From Penicillus capitatus (lineage: Eukaryota > Plantae > Chlorophyta), in contig OZ287697.1 in the NCBI GenBank assembly GCA_965649825.1, forward strand, positions 248,001-312,000: 64,000 nt of DNA, written 5' to 3'. Each line of letters begins with the position of its first letter. Position 1 is the stretch's first letter. Positions 36,942-47,572 of this stretch are shown piece after piece. The notes under the pieces were generated by a model. It did no database searches. It had not been told where the DNA came from and saw nothing but the letters and a program-made list of their open reading frames with translations. A program made the position numbers and the translations under genes.

Positions 36942-39162
36942 CTTTACGTTGTCCCTGATCACTCGACTGTGACCATCCCTTAGAAAATGGACCTGCCTGT
37001 TACATCCATGTCTCCCCTGGGTCTTTCTTTTCGTTTCTCCTTCTTTTGCATGATTTTACTTGTGAGAAGAGAGGTCGGTTACTCGAAGGAATACTGTAGT
37101 TAAAGACGTGTGTCCATGGATTCGGCGTTCTGAAGACGTTGTAGTTATGTGACGCTGAATCGTTGTTGCATTCGGAGAGGCGCGTTGCGATTGGACGTGG
37201 CTTCGCTAACCGTTGACGGCCGAAAGCTGTCTGAAAGGATTGTCTCTACAGCCTTAGCAAAAAGACGGTACAGACAACAGAGCGGCATGGTGTGATCCGA
37301 GGTTTGCAACCAGAGTAGAGAGCACAATTCAGTCCTGTCCTGTGGGCGTGTGGACGTCGGATAGAAGCGTCAAGTCAACTATCGAACTTGCTATCGCGTC
37401 GAATTCATGAGTCGATGCGTCTGGCGCAATATAATACGACGTATTCGCGCATTTTGCTTTCTCTGTCTGTAGTGTCGAGCTCTGCTTCGGGTCGGCCACC
37501 GGCAGCTTCCGGCACAGGCCAACAGGGTGCAAAGCGAATGAATCTACACGACCAACAATTGACCTCTGGCTTGTCAACCGATACTTGGAGACTGACGGGT
37601 GGACACGAACGGTTTCCGGCCCGCAGACCGGACACGTCGCAGCTTCCTGACGTGACGTCCGTCCTCGGGCGACCAAGGGTATAAATGACAGTGCGTGCGC
37701 CGACCTGCAGTCTCTACTTTGACTCTGGTGTTTTCCCTCCGTCCTCGCGATGCGTGTGCACGACCACGGCGCACGTCTCTTTGAAGATTCCCGTCAGAGA
37801 GAGAAGTTTGTGGGATTTACACAGGCTTTTGAATAACAAATCAGCCCGGAGGATTCCCGTCAGAGACCTTTTGAAACGCCAGTCTTGGAGTCGTGGCGAC
37901 GAGAGAGAAGGCTGAGTGAAGTGGCAACTATGAGAGGTGACAGGGAACCAGAGAATGATGAAAAAATACTTCCATGCGAATTGTTTAAAAAAGTACGATG
38001 GTTGCAGTGTGAAGGGAAGTATGTGAAATTGATGCTGAGACGTTCCATCAGAGAAATCCAGGCCGCCCCGAGTACATTATGGTACATCAAAAGTCGCATA
38101 ACATACTATCTGTTCTGGATTTGACACTGTTTAACTGAAAACACTCGAGGCGTGGAAGCGAACGCTACTTCGTGGGCACACGATGCTGTTGTACAAGGCG
38201 ATACTGTTCCATTCGAATCCGTTTGTCTTTTCCTGTGAGCTTGCTGCTTTAAGCTGTGCATGATTTAGCGTTTAGCGCGAAACAGATAAATACATGGAAG
38301 GTTTATTATATGAGAGATCTTCCGCGACGTATTTGGCCTGTTGTAAAGAGCACAATCAGTTGGTTTCCGTCACCTTAAAACGAGATAGCGAATACAATGA
38401 TTGAGTATTACTCTATTCTACTGAGTGCGGCCTTCAATAGGCGTCTAACAAATCTAAAGTGTGGGCTGCTTTTTATTTTTGTCGTAAAAGATTGATTGCT
38501 CACGAAGGAGTCTCGCCTGTCGGGTTTTGTACCGACAGAGTAGGTTGTTTATTTCTCTTTCTTCTAAAAACACTGTTCTTTCTACTTGACACAATTACTA
38601 GTTTAGCCGGACAGCAAGGAATCTTCACGAGATACGCCACCCACCCTTTATAATTTGCGAATCTAAACACATAGAAGGAGTCGTGGCGAGACTGCGAGCG
38701 CCATAAAGTTTTTGTAGTATGATCCCATCGCGATGAATTGTTTGAAAAACGAGGTTGCAGTGTTTTGTTAAAAAGGCGTTATTCACACAGTCTAGGATCT
38801 TTTGTAAAAACAGGTCATTTCATCGTATTCTTCGACACATCAATCAAATCACTGGATTCTCGGCTTGACAGTAGGATATGGAATTTATATTTCGACTTCC
38901 CAACTTCCGTATGGTATCTAGGAGCAAGAAAAGCATCTCGGTGAGTAGTGTGCGATTCATGATATTAGATAAAAGCCACACTTAATCCTAAAGAGTTAGA
39001 TTGTATTCAAACTTGTATATTCCGTCCATGTTCCCGTTCCTCAGACAACGATTCGAATAGCACTGAAAAACAGAAAGAAGTCGTCATGTCGATAAGATAA
39101 CATTGCGTGCACGCGTATTACCATCTCTTTTGACACGGCTTGCTAACGCGTCCACGCTGTTC

Positions 39163-41860
39163 TTACATGATTAGACAGCTGCGGCCAACTTTTATCGTTT
39201 GTACGGTGTTTGCTTTAGCAGGTACTGCGCATTCCCTATAAAAGGGAACTCTGAAACTCAGGAGAGAAAATGAATCAAATTGCGAAAAAAATAAGACACG
39301 ACAGAACAGGACTGTGTACGTTTAAAACCATCAAATGACTCTGACAGTCAGTGTCATTTAAGAAGTGCTCATCGTTCATTAGAGCACAGACAAGGTCTCA
39401 TTAGAAAGATAGAACAATAGACCACCTGCCGGACAACAAGCACATGGCAAAGAAAAAAAGCAGAAATGAACGCCATCATCGATAGAAAGAAGAAAAGATC
39501 GAACAGGTTCATCTGTTGGTGTAGAACGGGGCGTCGGGACATTCCTCGCGGGTACGAATGGGAATGACATTGCAGTCACAACCATCCAAAGAGGTATTAT
39601 ACCCTTCGTCGGTGCAGCACCTCTCCAGATTGGCCCCATTCCAATTCCATCTGCGAAAGAAGGTAATCATTCAGCTTGAATTATTCTTTATCAACGGTGC
39701 ACCTGTCTGGGGCGGAACCAATGAACTTGTCTGTGGGATCGAGCGCTCTTACGGCGCATCCGAAATCGCACCAGGTATCCTTGTAGTGTTCGGCGCCGTT
39801 CCAGCAGCCGAAATCCGGCCATCCTGCCTTGCCCCAGTGCAGACGACTAGGCGAACAGGATTCGTTAGCCACGAGGTGAGCAATCAGCTGCTTAAACGGC
39901 AGATTGCTTGACCTCGGTCTAGATAGCAGAGCAACGTCACAGAGAGTCGGTACGCGATCAGACCACGCACTCTTGGTTGTAGAAAACGGTGTCGACAGTT
40001 TGAAACCAGACATAGGCTCGGTCGTGTGAAGCTGACAACAATCCGCTCTCCTTTCCGGCGAATCTGATTAAGAGAGGCCGCTGCAAAAATGTCTCAGCGG
40101 ACAGACCCTCGGCAAGAGTTAGAAAGCCGTCCATGCACTCTGCAAGGTTCTCCAGGGGCACCCCCACTTCATAATCGTCAATGGTATCCGTACTGTTAAA
40201 AATCTCTGGAGGAGCTAGTAACTCCACTTCGTGTCTATCTCCGGTGACGTTTCCAAACAGAATCGATAACCCAGCCGGAGAAGATTCGACAATCGATGCT
40301 GTCAAATCCGGATTGCTCAGATTCAGGTTTGGAGGACGCGGATCCGGAACGGTCCAGTCGACGCCATTAGCGATGGCAGAGCGAGACTTGTAGAAGCGAG
40401 CATTGGCAAGACTGCTGAACATTTGGTATGCGCGTGGAGGAGTAGCTTGAAAGTTTGCCTCGCTGTGAGAATCGCCTGTTAGCTCTCCACCGCGTTCTTC
40501 AGCTTCCAGATTCTCGAACGTCCAACGCGAGAACTGCAGATCGACCTTTAGCGCTGTCCAAACTCCGGGGTTTCTTACCGTGATGTTTTTGGCGAACGCG
40601 ATTATATACGTGACTCCTTCAATCCTCTCAGGTATCGTATCACCCGAAGCGTATGCTGATTGGATCTCTCTGATTTCCGAGAAGAAGTCCTCGCGATCTG
40701 TCGACTGCTTGATCGTCCTCTTGACGAGTGTCTCGCGAATGATCCGCATTTTCACGTCGGTCACGACGCCGAGGCGTCCGACGCTGACCTGAAAGGCCCT
40801 GAAGTACAGTGGATGTCTATCTGGATAGATCTCCGTCAGCGTTCCGTTGGCCAGCACCACTCTGAAGCCGATAACCTGGTTGGAGAGCGAGCTGTATGTT
40901 AAACTGCTTCCGTGCGTACTGGTTGCAACGGCACCTCCGATCGTTTGATTGACATAGATTGAAACCTTGCCCAGAGCGTAACCTGGAAGCATCTGTCTCG
41001 TTCTCTGAGAAAGACGAGTGGCGTGCAATCACCTCTAGGCGCGGCATCTGTGACGTAGTCTCCGAGAAAGGTTATTAGATTCCAGATGCTCACTCCTGCT
41101 GAAACCCAAACAGACATCTCTTCTTCGTCGACTCTGATCTTCGGACGGCGGATGGTGGTCATGACGATGTTGGCTGCCGTTTCGCCTTCCTCGAATGCAG
41201 CGTTGGCGCAGAAGAAACCCTGGTGCAAACACACACGCGTCAGAAAGAGGAGTTAATAGCAGGTTATAGTTGCGTCACCCTGTTGTAAGAGTGACCAACG
41301 CCGACTGGAGAGATGCGGTCGTGGCGTTTCACCGCTCTTCGCACGTCGCCGACTTTCTTTGGCCTGCATCAGTGGCAACGTCAGTGTTCTGAAGAAAGAT
41401 GTTTACTCGAAGACGACTTACCTCACGAGGCGGACTCTGGTGTCACATACGTATTCGTTAGAGTAGTTGCTTAGGTCGTCCGGCAATCTGCATTTCGCAG
41501 AGTGGAGGACGTGAAGAAGCGTGAGCCAAAATGCAATTGTCCGATAGGCAGCGGCCATCTTCCCTGGAGAAATCCGAGGTTGACGAGAAAACTGGTCCGC
41601 GTCGAAGCCGGTCGTCTTCGAGATTTTCGAGAGCTTGGAGTCGGCTGCAAACGAATAAAGCAAAGAGGAAAGAACGTTTCAGCGACAATTTGACGGTGAT
41701 GAATTCACTACCGAATTCATACAGACAGCGCGGCATTTCCGACCAGTTGCCTATTCTAAACGTGCTCTCGAGGCAGTACCTTCAAATGTCATCTGGACGT
41801 CATCCAGAGAACTGTCCGTCGACAGCCGACGGGCAATGCGCACAGGTTCTAATTCAGTCT
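39163..41860. repeat. Segmental duplication, copy 1 (paralog 2 plus flanks)
   Basis: Collinear with 50133-52830 including introns, UTRs and upstream sequence; offset about 10.97 kb. Confidence 0.85.
39509..41558 (-). CDS. Secreted GULLO-like FAD oxidoreductase, paralog 2
   Basis: MAAAYRTIAFWLTLLHVLHSAKC signal, VGVGHSYN, TIGGAVATSTHGSSL, RLHWGK and a Cys-rich tail ending PFYTNR*. Confidence 0.87.
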
Positions 41861-42484
41861 GTGGGATACTTCTCGACTCGGAAAGCTGTTTGTCGCTGTC
41901 TACATATATCTGCGTGTTGAGGCACGCAAATGCACATAATGATTCAAGCCGCCGTGTTAAGCTGCTACCGACACGAGGTTATCGACGCCTGTTTGGTCTT
42001 TCAATGAACAAAGCTGAAACGAATACAACAGAATGACAGTCGCTGAACAAAAACGACGAAATCTGCACAGAGCCAACGTCTCTCATCCGCGAGCGAAGAG
42101 AACTGCCACGCCTGTCTGACACCTCGATCTGGACTTCGATAATCGGGTTCGTCGGAAAGCTGACACTCAGAGGAGATCCCTTGAACAAGCCACGCAGTAT
42201 GACGAAAGAGGACTTAAACCGTGTTTCTACCTGTTTTGGGGAGATCGTCTGCCGGTCCTCGGAATCCCTATCTTGCGAGTCTTTCTGATACTGCGTGGAT
42301 TGCGAAGGACCAAAGCATTATGAATGGAGGTACTGTGAACAGGGATTCGCACATGAAATACAAAAACACGCTCCTTCCGAAGCTCACGGAGCAGCCTATG
42401 AAGATGCGAATCTGTGTGATAAGAGCGCAGAAGACATGACGGTCGCTCGCCATCGGCAACCGAAGCAGAGAACGCGAGGGTCCT

Positions 42485-42623
42485 TGTCGGGATAGAGTGC
42501 TGAACGACATGGACGGTGACTATTAAGGGTCACATCATCGATATAAATTAAAAAAACAGCATTAGGTTATTTGTATCTGACGTTCCCTTTTAAGCTTCTG
42601 TTTACACCAAACAAAAAGCGAAA
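42485..42623 (+). repeat. 5' LTR (139 bp, TG...AA)
   Basis: Identical by eye to 47434-47572; contains TATAAA. Confidence 0.92.
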
Positions 42624-42636
42624 TGGTTTCGGAGCG
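42624..42636 (+). other. Primer-binding site, tRNAiMet-like (TGGTTTCGGAGCG)
   Basis: Abuts the 5' LTR, resembles the plant iMet PBS TGGTATCAGAGC with two differences, and overlaps the gag ATG. Confidence 0.7.
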
Positions 42637-43861
42637 ACAATATCTATCCACTGAACGTCATGAGGTTGAGACCGCTCTCAACGCGGCCGCTATGGTCGCT
42701 GACGGTTATCGACCGCGGATGGCCAAAGTCATGGAAAGGGTCGAAGTCGGCTCGCCCTTGTTCGAGCTCTTCCGCCAGGTGACGGGGACCGCTGAGCCAC
42801 ATTTTGCAGAACTCGCCGCGTTTAACACTGCATTCGCGACAAGGGCCGCGGCCATCAAGAATTGTTTCCCTGCAGCAAAGGCGGCGATAAGCGATGAGGA
42901 CAAGTGGCACGTTTTTAAAGCAATGCTTCTGGCCCAATGCTCCACTGCAGGAGCCACTTCAGGAGAGAGGCTGGCATCTGCGAGCAAGAAAAAGGCGGAA
43001 TCTTGGCTACAGTTCGCGGAGAGGTTCGGAGTCATGGCAACTCAGTCTGGTCTAGCGAGGGAAATGCAAATAAAGCTGTTATATGGAAAACTCCCGCCAG
43101 CACTAAAGAGGGCAATCGCTAGTCTGCCCGTTACGGCTACGATAAATGAGATGATTCTGGTCATTAGAAACGTGACTTTTTGGACGGGGTCATCGTCTGC
43201 CGCTGAGGTGGATAAGGATGCCATGGAAGTGGATGCGATAGATGCAAATGGAGGAGGGAACATTTCCCATAACGTGGACAGTTTTGGCCAGACATTATCA
43301 TTACGAGAGCTCTGTGATGCAATGAGGAGTGAACTTGCCAGAAATCCTCGTTTTGCAAGCATTGCTGAGGACATTGTCGGACAGTGGCGCCAGAAGGGAT
43401 CGCAAGGCCAGTTCCAGAATCTAAGAGGAAATAAACGTTCTGGTCAAAGACGGCCAGCAAGGCAGTTTCAGGGAAACTGCTACCAATGTGGAGAGTATGG
43501 CCACTCAGCCAAATTCTGTCGCCAACGATCACACCACGTGCGGGAATCGCACCCAATACCAACACAGAATCACTTCGCACCGTTGGCTGCGTTTGAAGAG
43601 GAAGAGAGGGAGGACGACTCGGCATCTGTACTCTCCGTTGGCCTATCCCCGGCAACACAACGCGACATCTCTGCGAAGAAGGGCAAGCCCAAAGAGACAA
43701 GACTGATGGTTTTGAAGGAGGAAGACTCGGGAAAGGACACAGTCAAATATATCGATTATCCTCGAGTTGACCAGTCGTCGTCTAGCAGACCTCAAAGGGG
43801 TCGGGCTTCATTGAAAGTGGCAACTTACCTAGCCAACCGGCCGGAGAAGGAACAAGCTCTC

Positions 43862-44201
43862 TGTAGGAAATGAACCCTTAACTGTCATCTGTGTAACCAC
43901 CGGAAGCGGTGGAGCCGTCACATAACCATCCAGGCGCGCCGACCATCGGTCGCGACGGATGTCGGCTCTCGACCTAACTTCCCCATAACGTAAGGGGTGT
44001 GGTTATGCTGCATGCACTAGGAGTTCGCAGCTGTTAGGACGTAAGGTTAGGAAGTCCATAACCACCCTGGGTATATAAGGTCGACATTTCACCCTGTAAA
44101 CACTCCTGTTCGTATCGCATCAAATCTGATTGCGTTTCCGTCGTCTCAACGCGCAAGGACTCGACTATCGTCTGAACCACTCTTACATTCGATTCCCAAC
44201 A
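43862..44201 (+). mobile_element. Solo LTR (family A), 340 bp, TG...CA, 5-bp TSD CTCTC
   Basis: TGTAGG...CCCAACA is flanked by CTCTC (43857-43861, 44202-44206), has TATATAA at 44072-44078, and is homologous to 7034-7371. Confidence 0.92.
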
Positions 44202-44466
44202 CTCTCATTGACACTGGGGCAGAGGTATCGTTATTGCCGCTTCAGTATTGCCAGCGCTGGGGTCTTCGAGTAAAGCGAGTGGAAAACACTCAACTACGTG
44301 GGTTCAATAATTCAACCAGTCAAGTCACCGGCGAGGTCATTCTGCCGACGCGCATTGGCGGCTGGAATCAAGCAATTCCCTACTATGTGACCGATGCGAC
44401 TAATAAGGTGATCCTCGGGTATTCGGCTTTGAAAACTTTTGGTATCTCGGTGGACTGCTCCAATGA

Positions 44467-47400
44467 CTGCTTCCTTGGGACAGACGGTCATGTGGTATTC
44501 TGTCACTCGGTCTCTTCAAACTAGCTCCGCCAGGTCATGGCGCTTCGCCTGGCGTGACGCTTCGAGTAGACCGTGCCCTTCTTAAGGGTGCTGAACCAAG
44601 TATCTCTCAAACATCTTTTATTCTCAAACTCGGCCGAACTCTTTTCCTGACACCTTTTGAAAGTCGCTTATCAGTCCTTCCGGTTAGTGTGCTTGGTGGA
44701 GGCCTTACTGGCCTGTTTTCGTGTTGTTTTCTTCGAGACGTTTCGGTCAATCCTATTCTCGGAAAGAACGGTCGTGTTTCTGTCCGTATTCACAATTTCT
44801 CCGACCGCCTCACTACACTTTCCCCTAAGTTGAAAGTCGTTCGAGGAACCTTTTCCGGAAGTGGGCGGATTCTTAATGACCCACAACTCGTTTTACGACT
44901 TACTTCTCAGGATTCCCCCACATCCGAGCGCCCGGATGTTGGTTTGGAATCGTCACCTTCGTTTTCTGTTTGGCAATCTCGTTTTCCGTACCTTTTTACC
45001 GACAATGATTCTAGTTATGCGACGTCTTCTACACTCCGTGCGCTTGTAGTAAGAGCTGACGATTTGATCTGGAAGTCCCCGGTCCCGTTTGCAGACTCGG
45101 GTGCTCCTCCTTGCTTTACTGATTGTTCTGCCCAGCATGCGCGGCACGAGATTGAATCCTCACTTTCCCGTGGCATTATACAAGAAGTTCCTCGTTTTGA
45201 CCGTGGGTTTTTCTCTCCTGTCATTTTTCTTCGTAAACCTGACGGCCGTGTACGCGTGGTGGTTAATTTTCAAAAATTAAACCACTATTCCGAAGTCTGG
45301 AATTCGCACACTCCAGACACACGAACAGCTATTCGCGCTGTTGAGCCTTCGTGGCGTTTCTTTACCATCCTTGATCTTCGCGATGGGTATTTTCATATTC
45401 CAGTGGACACTGCCCTCAGTCGCCTGTTTTGTTTTTCCTGTTTTGGCCGTCGTTTCCGTTTTGTCACTCTTCCTCAGGGCTGGGCCTCAAGTGTCGGTTT
45501 CTTCAACGACCGTATCCGCCGAATTCTTGGCCATTTACCTGGATTAGCTTATTTCGATGACATTATTGTTGGTGGCCAGGATCGCGTTTCACATGATCGC
45601 AATTTAGAAGCTGTTCTGACCGCTCTCCAATCCGCCGGTCTGCATGTGAATCCGCGCAAGGTCCAATTCTGCCGCCCATCGGTTCAGTTTCTTGGATTTT
45701 CTCTCTCGGGTGATCAATATCATCAGCGCAATTTTATCTCACAACAACTTGCACAGTTGCCGCTGGTTCGATCTCGTAAGGAATTACAGCGTGTATTGGG
45801 AATTTTTACTGCTTGTCGCGGCAATTCCCCTGGCTTGGGAATTGCTCTTGCACCTCTTTACTCCCTTCTTCATAAACAAGTCCACTTCATTGATTGGTCA
45901 GAAGTTCAAAATCTCATCCGTGCTGTAGCTGCCCGGTTAATTCGCAATTCGCTGAATTTCCTCCGTTGTGTCGCATCCCCAAGTTTTCATCTTGAAGTTG
46001 ATTGGTCGGGAGCCGGAGCTGGCTATCTTCTCTATGCGGGTCATCGTTCACAACGCCGCATCATTGCTACTAACTCGCGTAGTCTTCATGGCTATCCTGT
46101 CAGCTCTTTTCTTGGTGAGCTTGACGCTATTATTTGGTGTCTGCAAGACACTCTTCCCCTTACTGTCGGCTGCCCTGTTCATTTATATACAGACTCACTC
46201 AGCGCGTTACAAAAACTCCAGGCTCGGGATGTTTGGTACAAATCACGTTCTGATCTACGTGTGGGTCGCCGCCTGGGATGGCTGTGGTCTAATTTTCCTC
46301 TACACACCCGACTGTTCTTGCATTTCTTGCCGTCTTCGGATAACTTTCTCTCTGACTGTCTTTCCCGTTGGCCCACTTTAGCACAGCGGAAGGAAGTGGA
46401 CCTAAATGTTATACAAGGCGGAGAGTATAAAGGGCAAAGGAAAAGATTGCAAGCGGCGCATGAAGGCCACTGGGGAGTAAAGAAAACAGTACTAAATTTA
46501 AAAAGAGATGGGGGCCCGAAGTGGAGAGGGATGGAAAGAGATGTTCAAGAATATGTGGCGAATTGTTGGACTTGTCAGATGTGGGGACAGGTACAACACA
46601 GAGTGGATTTGGGAATCACAACGGCAACTGGAATTGGAGACGCTGTGGGTATTGACTTTGCTGGTCCGTTACCGATTAAGGATAGAGAGGAGCCAAGATA
46701 TATCCTTGTGATGGTGGACTACCTCTCACGATGGGTCGAAGCATGGGCTTGTACTGCCCCAAGCAGCGAAGTGGCAGTAAGAGCATTAGGAAAGTGGAGA
46801 CAGAAAAATGGCAAGATCAAAATGCTCGTGTCAGACAATGCCCAAACATGGCGATCCAAGGAAGTGAGGAGTTGGTGTGAAAGGAACAAGACTGTGCAGC
46901 GACTGACGGCCAGTTACATGCCTCAGTCAAATGGGATGTGTGAGAGACAGATAGGGGTGCTCAAGGGGAGACTAAAGAGGATGGCAAAGAATCCTTGGGA
47001 GTGGAGGAAGGTTCTACCCACGGCGACTCGCATTATGAACCGCTCGGTAAATGAGACCACTGGATATAGTGCCGCGGAGTTGAAGAATGGAGAGATGAGG
47101 AATGGAAGAAAGGTAAATAATGAAGTCCAGAAGAGGTGGATTCAAGAAGCAATGGAGAAGACATTGAAGCGGCAGGAATACACGAATGAACTGAGAAGGA
47201 AAAAGTTTGGAAGTAGGAAACGAGTTAAATTGGGAGATCATGTGCTGAGGCCAAGAATAAAAGCTGATGCGGGCACATTTCGCCCACCATGGGATGAAGA
47301 GCCATGCGTGGTAAAGGAGGCCCTGGGAAACAGCCTATGGCTAGTAGAGGGTTTACTTTTTGGGAAAGTCTATAAGGTTCACGACGATCAACTGAGACAA

Positions 47401-47475
47401 GTCCCTCATATGACTACAGCGCAGCTGGAAGCGTGTCGGGATAGAGTGCTGAACGACATGGACGGTGACTATTAA
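44467..47475 (+). CDS. pol: Gypsy pol: dUTPase-like remnant, RT, RNase H, integrase (no ATG start; stop lies inside the 3' LTR)
   Basis: RT: SPVIFLRKPDGRVR, LDLRDGYFHI, LPQG, YFDD. RH: EVDWS, ELDAI, YTDS, SDCLSR. INT: HEGHWG...CWTC, IDFAG, SDNA, SNGMCER. Confidence 0.93.
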   Translation: MLPWDRRSCGILSLGLFKLAPPGHGASPGVTLRVDRALLKGAEPSISQTSFILKLGRTLFLTPFESRLSVLPVSVLGGGLTGLFSCCFLRDVSVNPILGKNGRVSVRIHNFSDRLTTLSPKLKVVRGTFSGSGRILNDPQLVLRLTSQDSPTSERPDVGLESSPSFSVWQSRFPYLFTDNDSSYATSSTLRALVVRADDLIWKSPVPFADSGAPPCFTDCSAQHARHEIESSLSRGIIQEVPRFDRGFFSPVIFLRKPDGRVRVVVNFQKLNHYSEVWNSHTPDTRTAIRAVEPSWRFFTILDLRDGYFHIPVDTALSRLFCFSCFGRRFRFVTLPQGWASSVGFFNDRIRRILGHLPGLAYFDDIIVGGQDRVSHDRNLEAVLTALQSAGLHVNPRKVQFCRPSVQFLGFSLSGDQYHQRNFISQQLAQLPLVRSRKELQRVLGIFTACRGNSPGLGIALAPLYSLLHKQVHFIDWSEVQNLIRAVAARLIRNSLNFLRCVASPSFHLEVDWSGAGAGYLLYAGHRSQRRIIATNSRSLHGYPVSSFLGELDAIIWCLQDTLPLTVGCPVHLYTDSLSALQKLQARDVWYKSRSDLRVGRRLGWLWSNFPLHTRLFLHFLPSSDNFLSDCLSRWPTLAQRKEVDLNVIQGGEYKGQRKRLQAAHEGHWGVKKTVLNLKRDGGPKWRGMERDVQEYVANCWTCQMWGQVQHRVDLGITTATGIGDAVGIDFAGPLPIKDREEPRYILVMVDYLSRWVEAWACTAPSSEVAVRALGKWRQKNGKIKMLVSDNAQTWRSKEVRSWCERNKTVQRLTASYMPQSNGMCERQIGVLKGRLKRMAKNPWEWRKVLPTATRIMNRSVNETTGYSAAELKNGEMRNGRKVNNEVQKRWIQEAMEKTLKRQEYTNELRRKKFGSRKRVKLGDHVLRPRIKADAGTFRPPWDEEPCVVKEALGNSLWLVEGLLFGKVYKVHDDQLRQVPHMTTAQLEACRDRVLNDMDGDY
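44515..44554 (+). promoter_or_regulatory. Putative -1 ribosomal frameshift signal (T TCA AAC TAG plus hairpin)
   Basis: The pol frame is -1 relative to PR and open from 44467. Heptamer at 44515-44521, 6-nt spacer, then stem CGCCAGG (44528-44534) / CCTGGCG (44548-44554). Confidence 0.55.
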
Positions 47476-47572
47476 GGGTCACATCATCGATATAAATTAA
47501 AAAAACAGCATTAGGTTATTTGTATCTGACGTTCCCTTTTAAGCTTCTGTTTACACCAAACAAAAAGCGAAA
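47434..47572 (+). repeat. 3' LTR (139 bp)
   Basis: Identical by eye to 42485-42623; its first 42 nt encode the end of integrase. Confidence 0.92.

Larger units (their letters stand above)
42623..44524 (+). pseudogene. gag: gag-protease ORF interrupted by a solo LTR
   Basis: ORF 42623-43873 has the zinc knuckle CYQCGEYGHSAKFC. Removing 43862-44206 restores EQALIDTGAEVSLLP (aspartic protease active site) and a frame ending at TAG 44522-44524. Confidence 0.88.
42485..47572 (+). mobile_element. Full-length Ty3/Gypsy (Metaviridae) LTR retrotransposon carrying a nested solo LTR
   Basis: Identical 139-bp direct repeats, a PBS, gag with CCHC, and PR-RT-RH-INT domain order. The TSD is imperfect (GTCCT at 42480-42484, GGCCT at 47573-47577). 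Confidence 0.95.

Noticed and set aside
37329-37676. CPVCG zinc-ribbon-like ORF suggesting a transposase
   Set aside because: No second Cys pair, DDE motif or terminal inverted repeats found.
37786-37866. 15-bp direct repeat GATTCCCGTCAGAGA twice, 51 bp apart
   Set aside because: Only two units, no cas genes and a eukaryotic context, so not CRISPR; likely a local duplication.
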